A stretch of DNA of 58,289 nt from Malacoraja senta (Eukaryota), in assembly GCA_038087875.1 (NCBI GenBank), contig JAXLNO010000594.1, forward strand, positions 1 through 58,289, written 5' to 3'. Positions within the stretch are counted from its first letter, which is position 1; each line of letters begins with the position of its first letter. A model generated the notes under the pieces. It saw only the letters and a program-made list of their open reading frames with translations, made no database searches and was not told where the DNA came from. This document shows positions 47,328-58,289 of this stretch, one piece after another. The position numbers and the translations under genes are program-made.

Positions 47328-50300
47328 ACCCGCAATTTTCCCGTCGGAAACCAGCACCACTGCGTCACGAATGTGTTCTATGATGATGAATGAATGAAGA
47401 GGCAAATTGAACAGAACCACAGCTCTGGAGGGACTGTTTAGACGCCTGATAACAGAGGGTAATAAGCTGTCCGTATGTCCCGTGGTGCGCAAATCAGAAC
47501 TGACCTCAGACTCAATCATTTCATAACTGATTACATTACTCTTCATTTCCCCATCGTCAAAAAAAAACATGTTCGCCCAGCCATATTTGTACTTGATAAA
47601 TGAGCGTCACTATTTTCTGGGTAGGAGGTACAGTGTATTCAGATATGTTTGCCAGGGTACATTCCATCTTATCCCAGTCACTCAATTCTTATTCTGAAAC
47701 ATTTATCCTAACTAGATTATGCAGCAACCCTTTGTGTATTTCGGTGAATATCCATCCTGCCAAGGCCTCTCAGAAGCCTACATTTATTGTGTCAATAAAA
47801 TCACTTGTCGTTGTTCCAAACTTCACAGAGTCGACGGGCTGATAAACTGTTGGTCCTTTGGCGGCCATTTTTGCCGAGGGATAAATTTCGACTTCAGTCT
47901 CTGCACCGAGCTGAAGATGCGTATCGTGTTCCTTGAAAGATATAACGTCAAAGGAGAACCGTCTGCGGCCAATGGGAAAGGGGTAACTACAGAGAGTGTG
48001 GGACCTCTCATGGATCAAAGCGGTCACCTCTGTGTGGAGCCACAGGAGATGGACAAGATCCTCAATAAGTATCTCTCCTCTGTATTTTTCGAGGATAAAA
48101 ACTGTCGGACGGAGGATCTTGGGGCAGTCAATGGAAGGTTCTTGAGAGCAGTCAGTGTTACCGTCGAAGAAGTACTGATGGTACTATCGTGTATCAAGGT
48201 AGACAAATCTCCAGGGCCTGATCACACATATCCGAGGACATTGTACGAAACTAGAGTGGGAATTGCGGGAACCCTCGTTGAAATTTACGTGGTCAAGGTG
48301 CGGAAGTATGCCATTCGGCCCTTCGAGCCAGGACCGCCATTCACTGTGATCATGGCTGATCATCCACAATCAGTTCCCCGTTCCTGCCTTCTCCCTAAAT
48401 ACCTTGAAAGTGCTATCTTTAAGAGCTCTATCTAACTCTTTCTTGAAACCATCCAGAGAATAGGCCCCCACTGCCTTCTGAGGCAAACAATTCCACAGAT
48501 TCACAACTCTCTGGGTAAGAAAGTGCTTCCTCATCTCCGTTCTAAATGACTTGTCGCTTATTCTTAAACTGTGGCCCCTGGTTCTAGACTCCTCAAATAT
48601 CGTGAACACGTTTCCTGCCTCTAGCGTGTCCAATCCCTTAATAATCTTATACGTTTCAATAGCATCCCCTCTCATCCTTCTAAATTCCAGTGTATACAAG
48701 CTCAGTCGCTCCATTCTTTCAGCATCCAACAGTCCCGCCATCCCGGGAATTAACCGTGTAAACCATAGCAAGAACGTCCTTTCTCAAAATCGGTCACCAA
48801 AACTGCACACAATACTCCAGGTGTGGTCTCTCCAGGGCCCTGTCCAACTGTAGAAGGACCTCTTAGCTCCTATACTCAACTCCTGTTGTTATGAAGGCCA
48901 ACATGCCATTAGCCTTTGCGACAATATCATGTAATTTATGCATATGAGCTGTACTCATTCTCGCACATGCTCAGACTTGCGCATATAATTATGTAAATCA
49001 GTCAGTGACCTTTAACTTGGAAATAAATCATTCTTGCTTTTGATTCCTACACGAGTGTGTGTGGAGCCATCTTTCTCCGACTAATATGTGCCAGTATTAC
49101 CTACATCATAGGCAGACACATATCAAAACATGGTGGCATCGGTGAAAGTGAAGATTTGTGGATAAAATGGACGCTATGATGATTAGCAAAAATGCTTTGA
49201 AAAGCTTACAGGAATCAGTGTTTCAATGCTCAGCGACCGACTAGCTGCATGCCTGAGTGGAATAAGATGCAGGCAGTGAGCACACAACGATAAGACGCAG
49301 TTTGTAAATCAGTGCTGTGGGAGACTGCTTAAACATAGCACACGCTGCATGGAAACAGATAAAAACAAGTTTTGTTTCAATATATTTTGTATATTAGTAA
49401 AAGATATTAGAGAATATTAGGCAAATTGCGCAGTCGTGCGTTGCGCTTAAAGCTAAACGATACGTAAGCGATTAAGAGCGACGGGATACTCTGATATTTG
49501 AATTGAATTGAATTGAATTTCCTTTATTGCCATTCAAACAATAATTTGAACGAAATTGTGTACCTTGCAGTCATGACAGAAAATAAGCAACAAAACACAC
49601 AATGAACACAATTTAACACAAACATCCATCACCGTGAATCTCCAGGCTCCTCCTCACTGTGATGGAAGACAAAAAGCCTTATTTCTTCCTTGCTTGTTCT
49701 CCCGCTGCGTCGAGGCGATCGACGTTCTCGATGTTGAAGCCCCCGCCGGCTGATGGGTAAATCCCGTGGCCGTTTCCAAGCTCCCCGAACGGGCCGACTC
49801 AAACTCCGCGACCCGGGGTGGACGAAGCCGCCACCCTCCAGTCCAGCTGTTGCGGGAGCTGCCTAAAACCAGTCACCAAGCAGGGACCTGCGAGCTCCCG
49901 ATGATACCGTCCACAGGGCCCGCGGCCGATGCCCGCCAAGCTCCGGAGTCGGGTCGCAGCCACAGCGCCACCGCAGCCTCCGAAGTCAGCCAGCTCCGCG
50001 ATGGGAAGTCCACAGTCTCTGCCACCGGAGCCCCCAAAGTCGATTCCAGTTTGAGGCCGACAGCTCCACGATATTAGGCCTCAGTGCAGACGCAGACGGA
50101 GATACAACAAGGAAAAGGTCGGATCCCCGTTGAAGGAAGAGATTAAAACAATCTTTCCCCCACTCCCCACATATACACAACTAGACATAAACTAAAACAT
50201 ACGTCTAATAAGACAAAATAAAACAAAAAAAGACTAAGACAGGCGACTGCAGGCGAGCCGCAGCTGCTTCCGGATGGAAGTGGCGGCGCAGGCCAGTTCA

Positions 50301-50791
50301 TCTTTCCACGTGGCTCCACCACCCAATCTAAAGCTCAAAGAGAAGCGGTGGAAGAGTGGAAAATGTTTAAACAAATGTACGAAAATTATCATTACATGAC
50401 TACTGCCCCATAGAGTATCTCCCTATCAGTACTACAACACAGTGTGTTATTACATCAGTACTACTCCACACTGTCACTCCGTCAGTACAACCCCACAGTG
50501 TGTCATTCCATCAGAACTACCCCACAGCGTGACACTTCATCAGTAGTATTTCACAGTGTCATTTCATCAGTACTACTGCACAGTGTGTCACGCCATCAGT
50601 ACTACTGCACAGTGAGTCTCTCCATCACTACGTCCACACCGTGTTTAACGCCATCAGTACTGCCCCATCGTGTGTCACTCCATCAGTACTATCCCACAGT
50701 GTATCAAATTGTGAAAGAGTGAAGCACATGTCAAGTAGTTGGAAAAAATCCACCAACAGTACCGCTACAGCCATGGAAATGGCCGGCTAGA

Positions 50792-51337
50792 GTGTGGCAA
50801 AGATTACTCGTGGACTTTGCAGAGTTAGATGGACAACAATTGTTCACTGTGATTGATAGTCACTCCAAGTGGGTTGAGGTTTGTCCGATGAACAAAACGA
50901 CATCCAGCAAAACAATAGACATTTTGCGAGGATTGTTTGCGTCCTATGGATTTCCAGGGGCAATTGTGTCTGATAACGGACCTCAATTCTGTTCACAAGA
51001 GTTTGCACAATTCACGAAATGGAATCGTGTAAAACACGCTAGAGTCATTCCATACCATTCCGCTTCAAATGGAGCAGCAGAACGCACAGTGCAAATTGTG
51101 AAACGTAATTTAGTCAAACAACTGCTGGATCCAAATCCAAAGAAAAGACAGTTGTCTCTGTCTCACAAACTGGCTACCTTTCTGATTACATATCGAAACA
51201 CACCTCACACCACTACTGGTCAAACGCCAGCTGAACTGTACTTGAAGAGCAAACCAAGAACAAGGTTTTCACTGCTGAAACCAAACTTGGCTCAAACAGT
51301 AGAAAAGAAACAGGAAAAACAAAAAAGCATATCATGA
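50792..51337 (+). pseudogene. Gypsy integrase core with open DDE domain, copy B
   Basis: 181-aa ORF with VDF, SDNG and AER catalytic motifs; no upstream RT/RNase H. Confidence 0.85.
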
Positions 51338-51397
51338 CAGAAGTAGATAAAGGAAAGGAGTGTTGAGTGGAATCTGAAGTTAAATGTGAAAAACATC

Positions 51398-51950
51398 TGG
51401 CCGACTTCGGGGCTGTGGCGGGTTCTGGCGTTCCGGCGGCGGCGACCCGACTCGGGGCTGAGGTGGTGTTACGGCGGCGGCGACCGGACTTCGGAGGTTC
51501 GGCCGCGGGCCCAGTAGACGACAACGTAGGGAGCTCGCAGGTCACAGGTTGGTGACCTGTTTTTCCAGAGCTCCCGCGGCAACAGCTTCGTCCGCTGGAC
51601 TGGAGGGCGGCAGCTTCGACTACCCCGGGCCGCGGAGATTGAACCGGCCCGTTCGCGGAGCACGGTTGGGCCGCGGGACTTACTTACCATCACCCGGTGG
51701 GGCTCACAATATCGGTGGCCTGGATCGCATTCGCGCAGATGGAGAACAAGGAGGGAAGAGACAAAGACTTAAGATTTTTGCCTTCCATCACAGTGAGGAG
51801 GTGTCTGGTGAACTCACTGTGGTGGATGTTAAATTTGTGTTTATTGTGTGTTTTGTTATTTTATTATATGTATGACTGCAAGGCAACGAAATTTCGTTCA
51901 GACTGAAAGGTCTGAATGACAATAAAATTTCCATGATCCATGATCCATGA
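51398..51950 (+). mobile_element. 5'-truncated GC-rich retroelement, copy B only
   Basis: Splits AAAAACATC|ATCACAAG, which is continuous at ~43245; 3' end like 34569-34800; (TCCATGA)n tail. Confidence 0.8.
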
Positions 51951-52909
51951 TCATCACAAGTGGGTACTCCTAGGACATCCGGTGGCGCCCTAGCACATCC
52001 GGTCACGCTGTTACTAGCTGACTCCGGCAACAGTCTGGTTGTCTTTTTATTTTGTTATGTTTAGAGTGTGTTTTTTTAGTTTTTTCAGTACTTTATGTGG
52101 GGGGAAGCGGCTAGGGTAAGGGGGGAACCGTCCTTCAGTCGCTTCCTGGCGAGGATGCGGCTATTATCCGAGTCGCGTCTTCGCTACCCCCCCCCCCACC
52201 TCCCCTTGCGGCCTACCAACTGGGACCGGACCAGAGCTTCAGCAGCTGCGGCGCTGCGCTCGATGCATCGCGGAGCGGGCGAGGCGTTACCTGGGATCGC
52301 CGCATGGAGCTCGGGAGTATTGGGCCGCTGCTCCAGCATCGCGGAGCTGTGGTTGCGGAGCTCCTAACGCGGGCGGAGCAGACTTTAACATCGCAGAGTC
52401 CTGGGACCCTTTGCCGGTAGTCGGCAGCTCGAATCTCCGCCCAGCGCGGCCTGTGGACATCGGGAGCCGTGGACTCCGGTGGAAGGTGGAAGGTGGCCGA
52501 TTCAGAGGTCCAGGCCGCTGAGGATGTTCTCCCGTTCGACGTCGCGGTTCCATCGTTCCCGCCGAGAGGGCCTGAACATCGGGCCGCCCGTGGCGGCGAC
52601 TGCGGGGTGGTCGGGAGGCCCCGACCACAGGTGAACATTGGGCAACATCAGCGAGGAGGTTGACTGGACATTGGTTCCTTCCCTCACAGTGGGGAACTTT
52701 GGTGCCGCTGTGGGGATGTTTGAGTTGTGGACTACCGTGTTCGGTGCTTTTGTGTTTTATTAACATTTTATTTTTTGTATTTCTGTGTGGGAAAGAGAAT
52801 TTCGTTGTCTCTTAATTGAAGACAATTGAAGATAAATTAAATCAAATCAAATCTAAAGTTGTTACCTGGAAGAGTAGTGAGAAAGTGCAGACCACGGACA
52901 TACTTGGTC

Positions 52910-55900
52910 ATAGATACATAGATACATAGAAAATAGGTGCAGGAGTAGGCCATTCGGCCCTTCGAGCCTGCACCGCCATTCAATATGATCATGGCTGATC
53001 ATCCAACTCAGTATCCCGTACCTGCCTTCTCTCCATACCCCCTGATCCCTTTAGCCACAAGGGCCACATCTAACTCCCTCTTAAATATAGCCAATGAACT
53101 GGCCTCAACTACCCTCAGTGGCAGAGAGTTCCAGACATTCACCACTCTCTGTGTGAAAACGTTTTTCCTCATCTCGGTCTTAAAGGATTTCCCCCTTATC
53201 CTTAAGCTGTGACCCCTTGTCCTGGACTTCCCCAACATCGGGAACAATCTTCCTGCATCTAGCCTGTCCAACCCCATAAGAATTTTGTACGTTTCTCTAA
53301 GATCCCCTCTCAATCTCCTAAATTCCAGCGAGTATAAGCCAAGTCTTTCTTCATATGAAAGTCCTGACATCCCAGGAATCAGTCTGGTGAACCTTCTCTG
53401 CACTCCCTCTATGGCTATAATGTCCTTCCTCAGATTTGTAGACCAAAACTGTACGCAATACTCCAGGTGTGGTCTCACCAAGACCCTGTACAACTGCAGT
53501 AGAACCTCCCTGCTCCTATACTCAAATCCTCTTGCTATGAAGGCCAACATACCATTCGCTTTCTTCACTGCCTGCTGCACCTGCATGCCTACTTTCAATG
53601 ACTGGTGTACCATGACACCCAGGTCTCGCTGCACCTCCCCATTTCCTAATCGGCCACCATTTAGATAATAGTCTGCCTTCCCGTTTTTGCCACCAAAGTG
53701 GATAACCTCACATTTATCCACATTATACTGCATCTGCCAAACATTTGCCCACTCACCCAGCCTATCCAAGTCACCTTGCAGTCTCCTAGCATCCTCCTCA
53801 CAGCTAACACTGCCCCCCAGCTTAGTGTCATCCGCAAACTTGGAGATGTTGCTTTCAATTCCCTCGTCCAGATCATTAATATAAATTGTAAATAGCTGGG
53901 GTCCCAGCACTGAGCCTTGCGGTACCCCACTAGTCACTGTCTGCCATTGTGAAAAGGACCCGTTTACTCCTACTCTTTGCTTCCTGTTTGCCAGCCAGTT
54001 CTCTATCCACATCAATACTGAACCCCCAATACCGTGTGCTTTAAGTTTGTATCCTAATCTCTTATGTGGTACCTTGTCGAAAGTCTTCTGAAAGTCCAGA
54101 TACAACACATCCACTGGTTCTCCCCTATCCACTCTACTAGTTACATCCTCGAAAAATTCTATAAGATTCGTCAGACACGATTTACCTTTCGTAAATCAAT
54201 GCTGACTTTGTCCAATAATTTCACCCCTTTCCAAATGTGCTGCAATCCCATCTTTAATAACTGACTCTAGCAGTTTCCCCACTACCGATGTTAGACTAAC
54301 TGGTCTGTAATTCCCCGTTTTTTCTCTCCCTCCCTTCTTAAAAAGTGGGGTTACGTTTGCTACCCTCCAATCCTCAGGAACTACTCCAGAATCTAAAGAA
54401 TTTTGAAAAATTATCACTAATGCATCCACTATTTCTGGAGCTACTTCCTTAAGTACTCTGGGATGCAGCCTATCTGGCCCTGGTGATTTATCGGCCTTTA
54501 ATCCATTCAATTTACCCAACACCACTTCCCGACTAACCTGGATTTCACTCAGTTCCTCCATCTCCTTTGACCCGCGGCCCCCTGCTATTTCCGGCAGATT
54601 ATTTATGTCTTCCTTAGTGAAGACGGAACCAAAGTAGTTATTCAATTGGTCCGCCATATCCTTGTTCCCCATGATCAATTCACCTGTTTCTGACTGCAAG
54701 GGACCTACATTTGTTTTAACTAATCTCTTACTCTTCACATATCTATAAAAACTTTTGCAGTCAGTTTTTATGTTCCCTGCCAGTTTCCTTTCATAATCTA
54801 TTTTCCCTTTCCTAATTAAGCCCTTTGTCCTCCTCTGCTGGTCTCTGAATTCCTCCCAGTCCTCTGGTATGCTGCTTTTTCTGGCTAATTTGTACGCAAC
54901 ATCTTTTGCTTTGATACTATCCTTGATTTCCCTTGTTATCCACGGATACACTTCCTTCCCTGATTTATTCTTTTGCCAAACTGGGATGAACATTTTTTGT
55001 AGTTCATCCATGCAGTCTTTAAATGCCTTCCATTGCATACCCACCGTCAACCCTTTTAGAACTAATTGCCAGTCAATCTTGGCCAATTCACGTCTCATAC
55101 CCTCAAAGTTACCTTTCTTTAAGTTCAGAACCGTTGTTTCTGAATTAACAATGTCACTCTCCATCCTAATGAAGAACTCAACCATATTATGGTCACTCTT
55201 GCCCAAGGGGGCACGCACAACAAGTCTGCTAACTAACCCTTCCTCATTACTCAATACCCAGTCTAGAATAGCCTGCTCTCTCGTTGGTTCCTCTACATGT
55301 TGGCTTAGATAACTATCCCTCATACATTCCAAGAAATCCTCTTCCTCAGCACCCCTGCCAATTTGATTCACCCAATCTATATGTAGATTGAAGTCACCCA
55401 TTATAACTGTTTTGCCTTTGTTGCACGCATTTCTAATTTCCTGTTTGATGCCATCCCCAACTTCACTACTACTGCTAGGTGGCCTGTACACAACACCCAC
55501 CAGCGTTTTCTGCCCCTTAGTGTTTCGTAGCTCTACCCATACCGATTCCACATCCTCCAAGCTAATGTCCTTCCTTTCCACTGCGTTAATCTCCTCTCTA
55601 ACCAGCAACGCTACCCCACCTCCTTTTCCTTTCTCTCTATCCCTCCTGAATATTGAATATCCTTGGATGTTCAGCTCCCAGCCTTGGTCACCCTGGAGCC
55701 ATGTCTCCGTGATCCCAACTATATCATAATCATTAATTGCTATCTGCACGTTCAACTCATCGACCTTATTACGAATGCTCCTTGCATTGAGACACAAAGC
55801 CTTCAGGCTTGTTTTTACAACGCTCTTACCCCTTATACAATTATGTTGGAAAGTGGCTCTTTTTGATTTTTGCCCTGGATTTGTCTGCCTGCCACTTTTA

Positions 55901-56078
55901 CTTTTCACCTTGCTACCTATTGCTTCCGCCCGCATTTTGCACCCCTCTGTTTCTCTGCTCACCCATTTAAGAACCCCACCACCTCATATTCTCTGTTTAT
56001 TATTGTTTTCTTCTTTCCCCCTACATGTTGGGTCTGAGTGCTTTCCTTCTCTGCCTCCTGCCTCACACACTGTCTAAT
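52910..56078 (-). mobile_element. CR1 LINE with near-complete ORF2 (APE + RT), one in-frame TGA
   Basis: ORFs 54196..55962 and 53008..54132 are in one frame: CLNARSIRNK, ITETWL, MGDFN, SDH, NYRPVSLTS, QH*FTKGKSC, GVPQGSVLGP, FADD; (TATGTATC)n tail. Confidence 0.97.
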
Positions 56079-56084
56079 AGCATT

Positions 56085-56810
56085 CTCTATGATTTGTATA
56101 TTTCGGGGACCACCTGGAATAACAGTTTACTAAGCAACCGACGGGGTAATTCACCTCTAGTCCACATAGCACCCAAAGTCAACGCCAATGTGACTCTGGA
56201 CAATTTATACTCCGTTGTGTACTCTCTGTAAGCACCAGACCCTGATGCCCTGCTCATCATCTGCGGTGACCTCAATCATGCGTACTTCAGGAATGCACTG
56301 GAAACTAAAATCAGCATATCCCCTGCCTCACAATGGGCGTCAACATTCTGGGCTACAACTCCATCTAGTATGTCCACGGTTCTAGCACAACAAACATGCT
56401 CTCAAAGCCAGGAAGACCAAGGTTCTGATTCTGGACTTCGGAGCAGGAAGGATGAGGTCCTACAAACCTGTCTAGATCGACTGGACGATGGCGGAGAGAG
56501 GCAAAAGCTGCACATTCCTGTGCATGGAAGTCCTTGAAGATCTTTCCTAGACCCAGAACATTGATGCAATTATAAGACCTCTACTCCCTGAAAAGATTAC
56601 GGACATTCAGTATGTCGTCGATTATTCTCTTGAACTTCCACAGGTGTCTTCCACAGTAGAGAGCATGTTGTCTGGTTGCACCACGACCTAGGTCGGTAAC
56701 ATGAATGCCAGGAGCGACGGAGACTGCAACATGTGATTACCACTACCCAGTCCATCACGTGTACTGACTTCCCCACAAGCGAGGGATCTACAACAGTCGC
56801 TGCCTCAAAC
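56085..56810 (+). mobile_element. Decayed, internally deleted Rex1-clade fragments
   Basis: Remnants of the VHIAP...DALLIICGDLN endonuclease region joined to RT C-terminal pieces similar to 33040-33440. Confidence 0.6.
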
Positions 56811-57173
56811 ATTTCATCAATGGAAGACAGAGTGCAATTTGGGCTCTGAAATGTATTCACATCAACCCCATCCCAATTATTTTGTACACGGCAAACGAGC
56901 AGGAAACTGATAGAAACGACTCAGAGTCCGAAACGACAAAAATGCTGAGATGTTGAGGTCCCCGTTTGTGGATTGTGTTGAGCAGAACTTCCTTCAACGC
57001 AGCTCATTCCTGCCCATTGTAATTCATACTGAATCAATTTGGTGTCCGGTAACTTTACCTGGTAGTTTCTGACAATGTTACTGAACCTGCTAGTCAGTGA
57101 CGCCGGAGATTTACCTTCCATCACTGGGTCCGTAGCCCTGTGGACGTACACTCCAAGTACGCATCTTAACGTT

Positions 57174-57434
57174 TTTAGGAGATACCGCATGTAAACGGGC
57201 TCTTTGACCCACCGAGTCCGCGCCGACCAGCGAACGCCGTACACGCACTATCCTACACACTAAGCACAACCTGTACGTCTTTGGAGTGTGGGGGGGAAAC
57301 CGCAGCACCCGGAGATAACCCCAGGCGGCGCCTGGGAGAACATATGAGCTCCGTACCGACAGCACCCATAGTCAGGATCGAACCCGGGTCTCTGGCGTTG
57401 TGAGGCAACAACTCTACCGCTGCGCCACCGTGCC
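57174..57434 (-). mobile_element. tRNA-derived SINE
   Basis: Reverse complement of GGCACGGTGGCGCAGCGGTAGAGTTG...GGGTTCGATCCTGACT. Confidence 0.85.
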
Positions 57435-57732
57435 AATCCGCTGATCAAACGTGATGAAGTTGCTGCCTCTCCCACCGTCTTCGGCATCGAGTTCCATTCT
57501 ACGTATGGAAAATTGTCCTCATTTCAATGAATCATCTAATTATCAGCATATTTTGTCTCCCTTTCGACGAACGGTATTTTGCCCACACACACTATACAGA
57601 AGATCTGAGATATAAATAATGTATGTGGTGTAGAAAGTACTTCGAGTAGGTGGGGCAGTGACCGAATCTGATACCTTGTCCACTTAGGCACATGTTGAGT
57701 GTACTGACGTGATACAGACACATCGTATACAA

Positions 57733-58063
57733 GGGCGGCACAGTGACACCGCTGATATAGCTGCTGCCTCACAGCGCACGGGACCGGCCATTTATCCTGA
57801 CCCCGGGTGTTGTCTGTGGGGAGTTTGTACATTAGCTCTGTGACCGCGCGGGTTTCTTCCGGGTGTTGTGGTTTCCTCCCACATCCCAAAAATATGCGAG
57901 TTTGCAGATTAATTGGACTGTGTGAAATTAGTCCGATTGTGCAGTGAGTGGGTGAATGCGAACGTGGTTAACATGTAGCTGGCGTGACCGGATGAACATT
58001 GATCGTCCCCGTGGAATCTGTGCGCCTGTGTCCAATCTGTATCTGTAAACTAAACTAAACTAA
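57733..58063 (+). mobile_element. tRNA-derived SINE, older copy
   Basis: GGGCGGCACAGTG...GAGTTTGTAC...CCCACATCCCAAA...(TAAAC)n. Confidence 0.75.
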
Positions 58064-58289
58064 TAAAAGACAATGCAATAACACAATGCCAGCATCACTG
58101 GGTGGACTCATGGGGACAGATTACGGAGGGATCCATCACACAGGGAACGAACACATCCGGCACCTTACAAAGTCCGATCATTCAAATGAGACATAAATAC
58201 AGCGGAGAATCTTGGTCTCTCGCCGATTCTCGAATAACGGTTACTGATTAGTAACAAACTCCAAACAAGAGAAAACCTGAGTATTTACA

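Larger units (their letters stand above)
33816..47950 (-). repeat. Inverted copies of the composite unit (three partial copies)
   Basis: Reverse complements of the left-arm blocks at 33816-34505, 35575-38030, 38460-39800 and 45545-47945. Confidence 0.85.
45544..52910 (+). repeat. Recent tandem segmental duplication, copy B
   Basis: Colinear with 37822-44201; extra segments at 46099-46186, ~46875-47440 and 51398-51950. Confidence 0.92.

Noticed and set aside
58240..58255. Palindrome GTTACT-GATT-AGTAAC
   Set aside because: Only a 6-bp stem at the window edge with no supporting context.

Overview
Eukaryotic, repeat-dense window, most likely from a cartilaginous fish (skate/ray-like). This is inferred from HE1/V-SINE-type SINEs, CR1 and Rex1/Babar LINEs and Penelope-derived short repeats. 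I could not identify an intact host protein-coding gene; almost all listed ORFs come from transposons or tandem repeats. Architecture: (1) a left arm (1-18.5 kb) with about 4-5 old, diverged tandem copies of a roughly 3.5-4.5 kb unit, built largely of decayed CR1/Rex1 pieces plus a few unassigned blocks; (2) a central region (18.5-33.8 kb) with a CpG-rich promoter-like patch carrying RFX X-box-like motifs, L1/CR1/Rex1/Penelope insertions, a solo LTR and arrays of a 30-bp minisatellite; (3) a right arm (33.8-48 kb) with the same unit inverted, including a recent ~8 kb tandem duplication that carries a chimeric Gypsy element; (4) a CR1 ORF2 with a single in-frame stop at 53-56 kb. The most interesting leads are all unproven: an inverted-arm locus with a central promoter (possible divergent lncRNA/piRNA cluster), a minisatellite shaped like a cryptic 12-RSS, hammerhead-ribozyme-like cores in short Penelope derivatives, and a GC-rich non-autonomous family with Rex1-type tails. 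Coordinates of degraded elements are approximate and identities were judged by eye.
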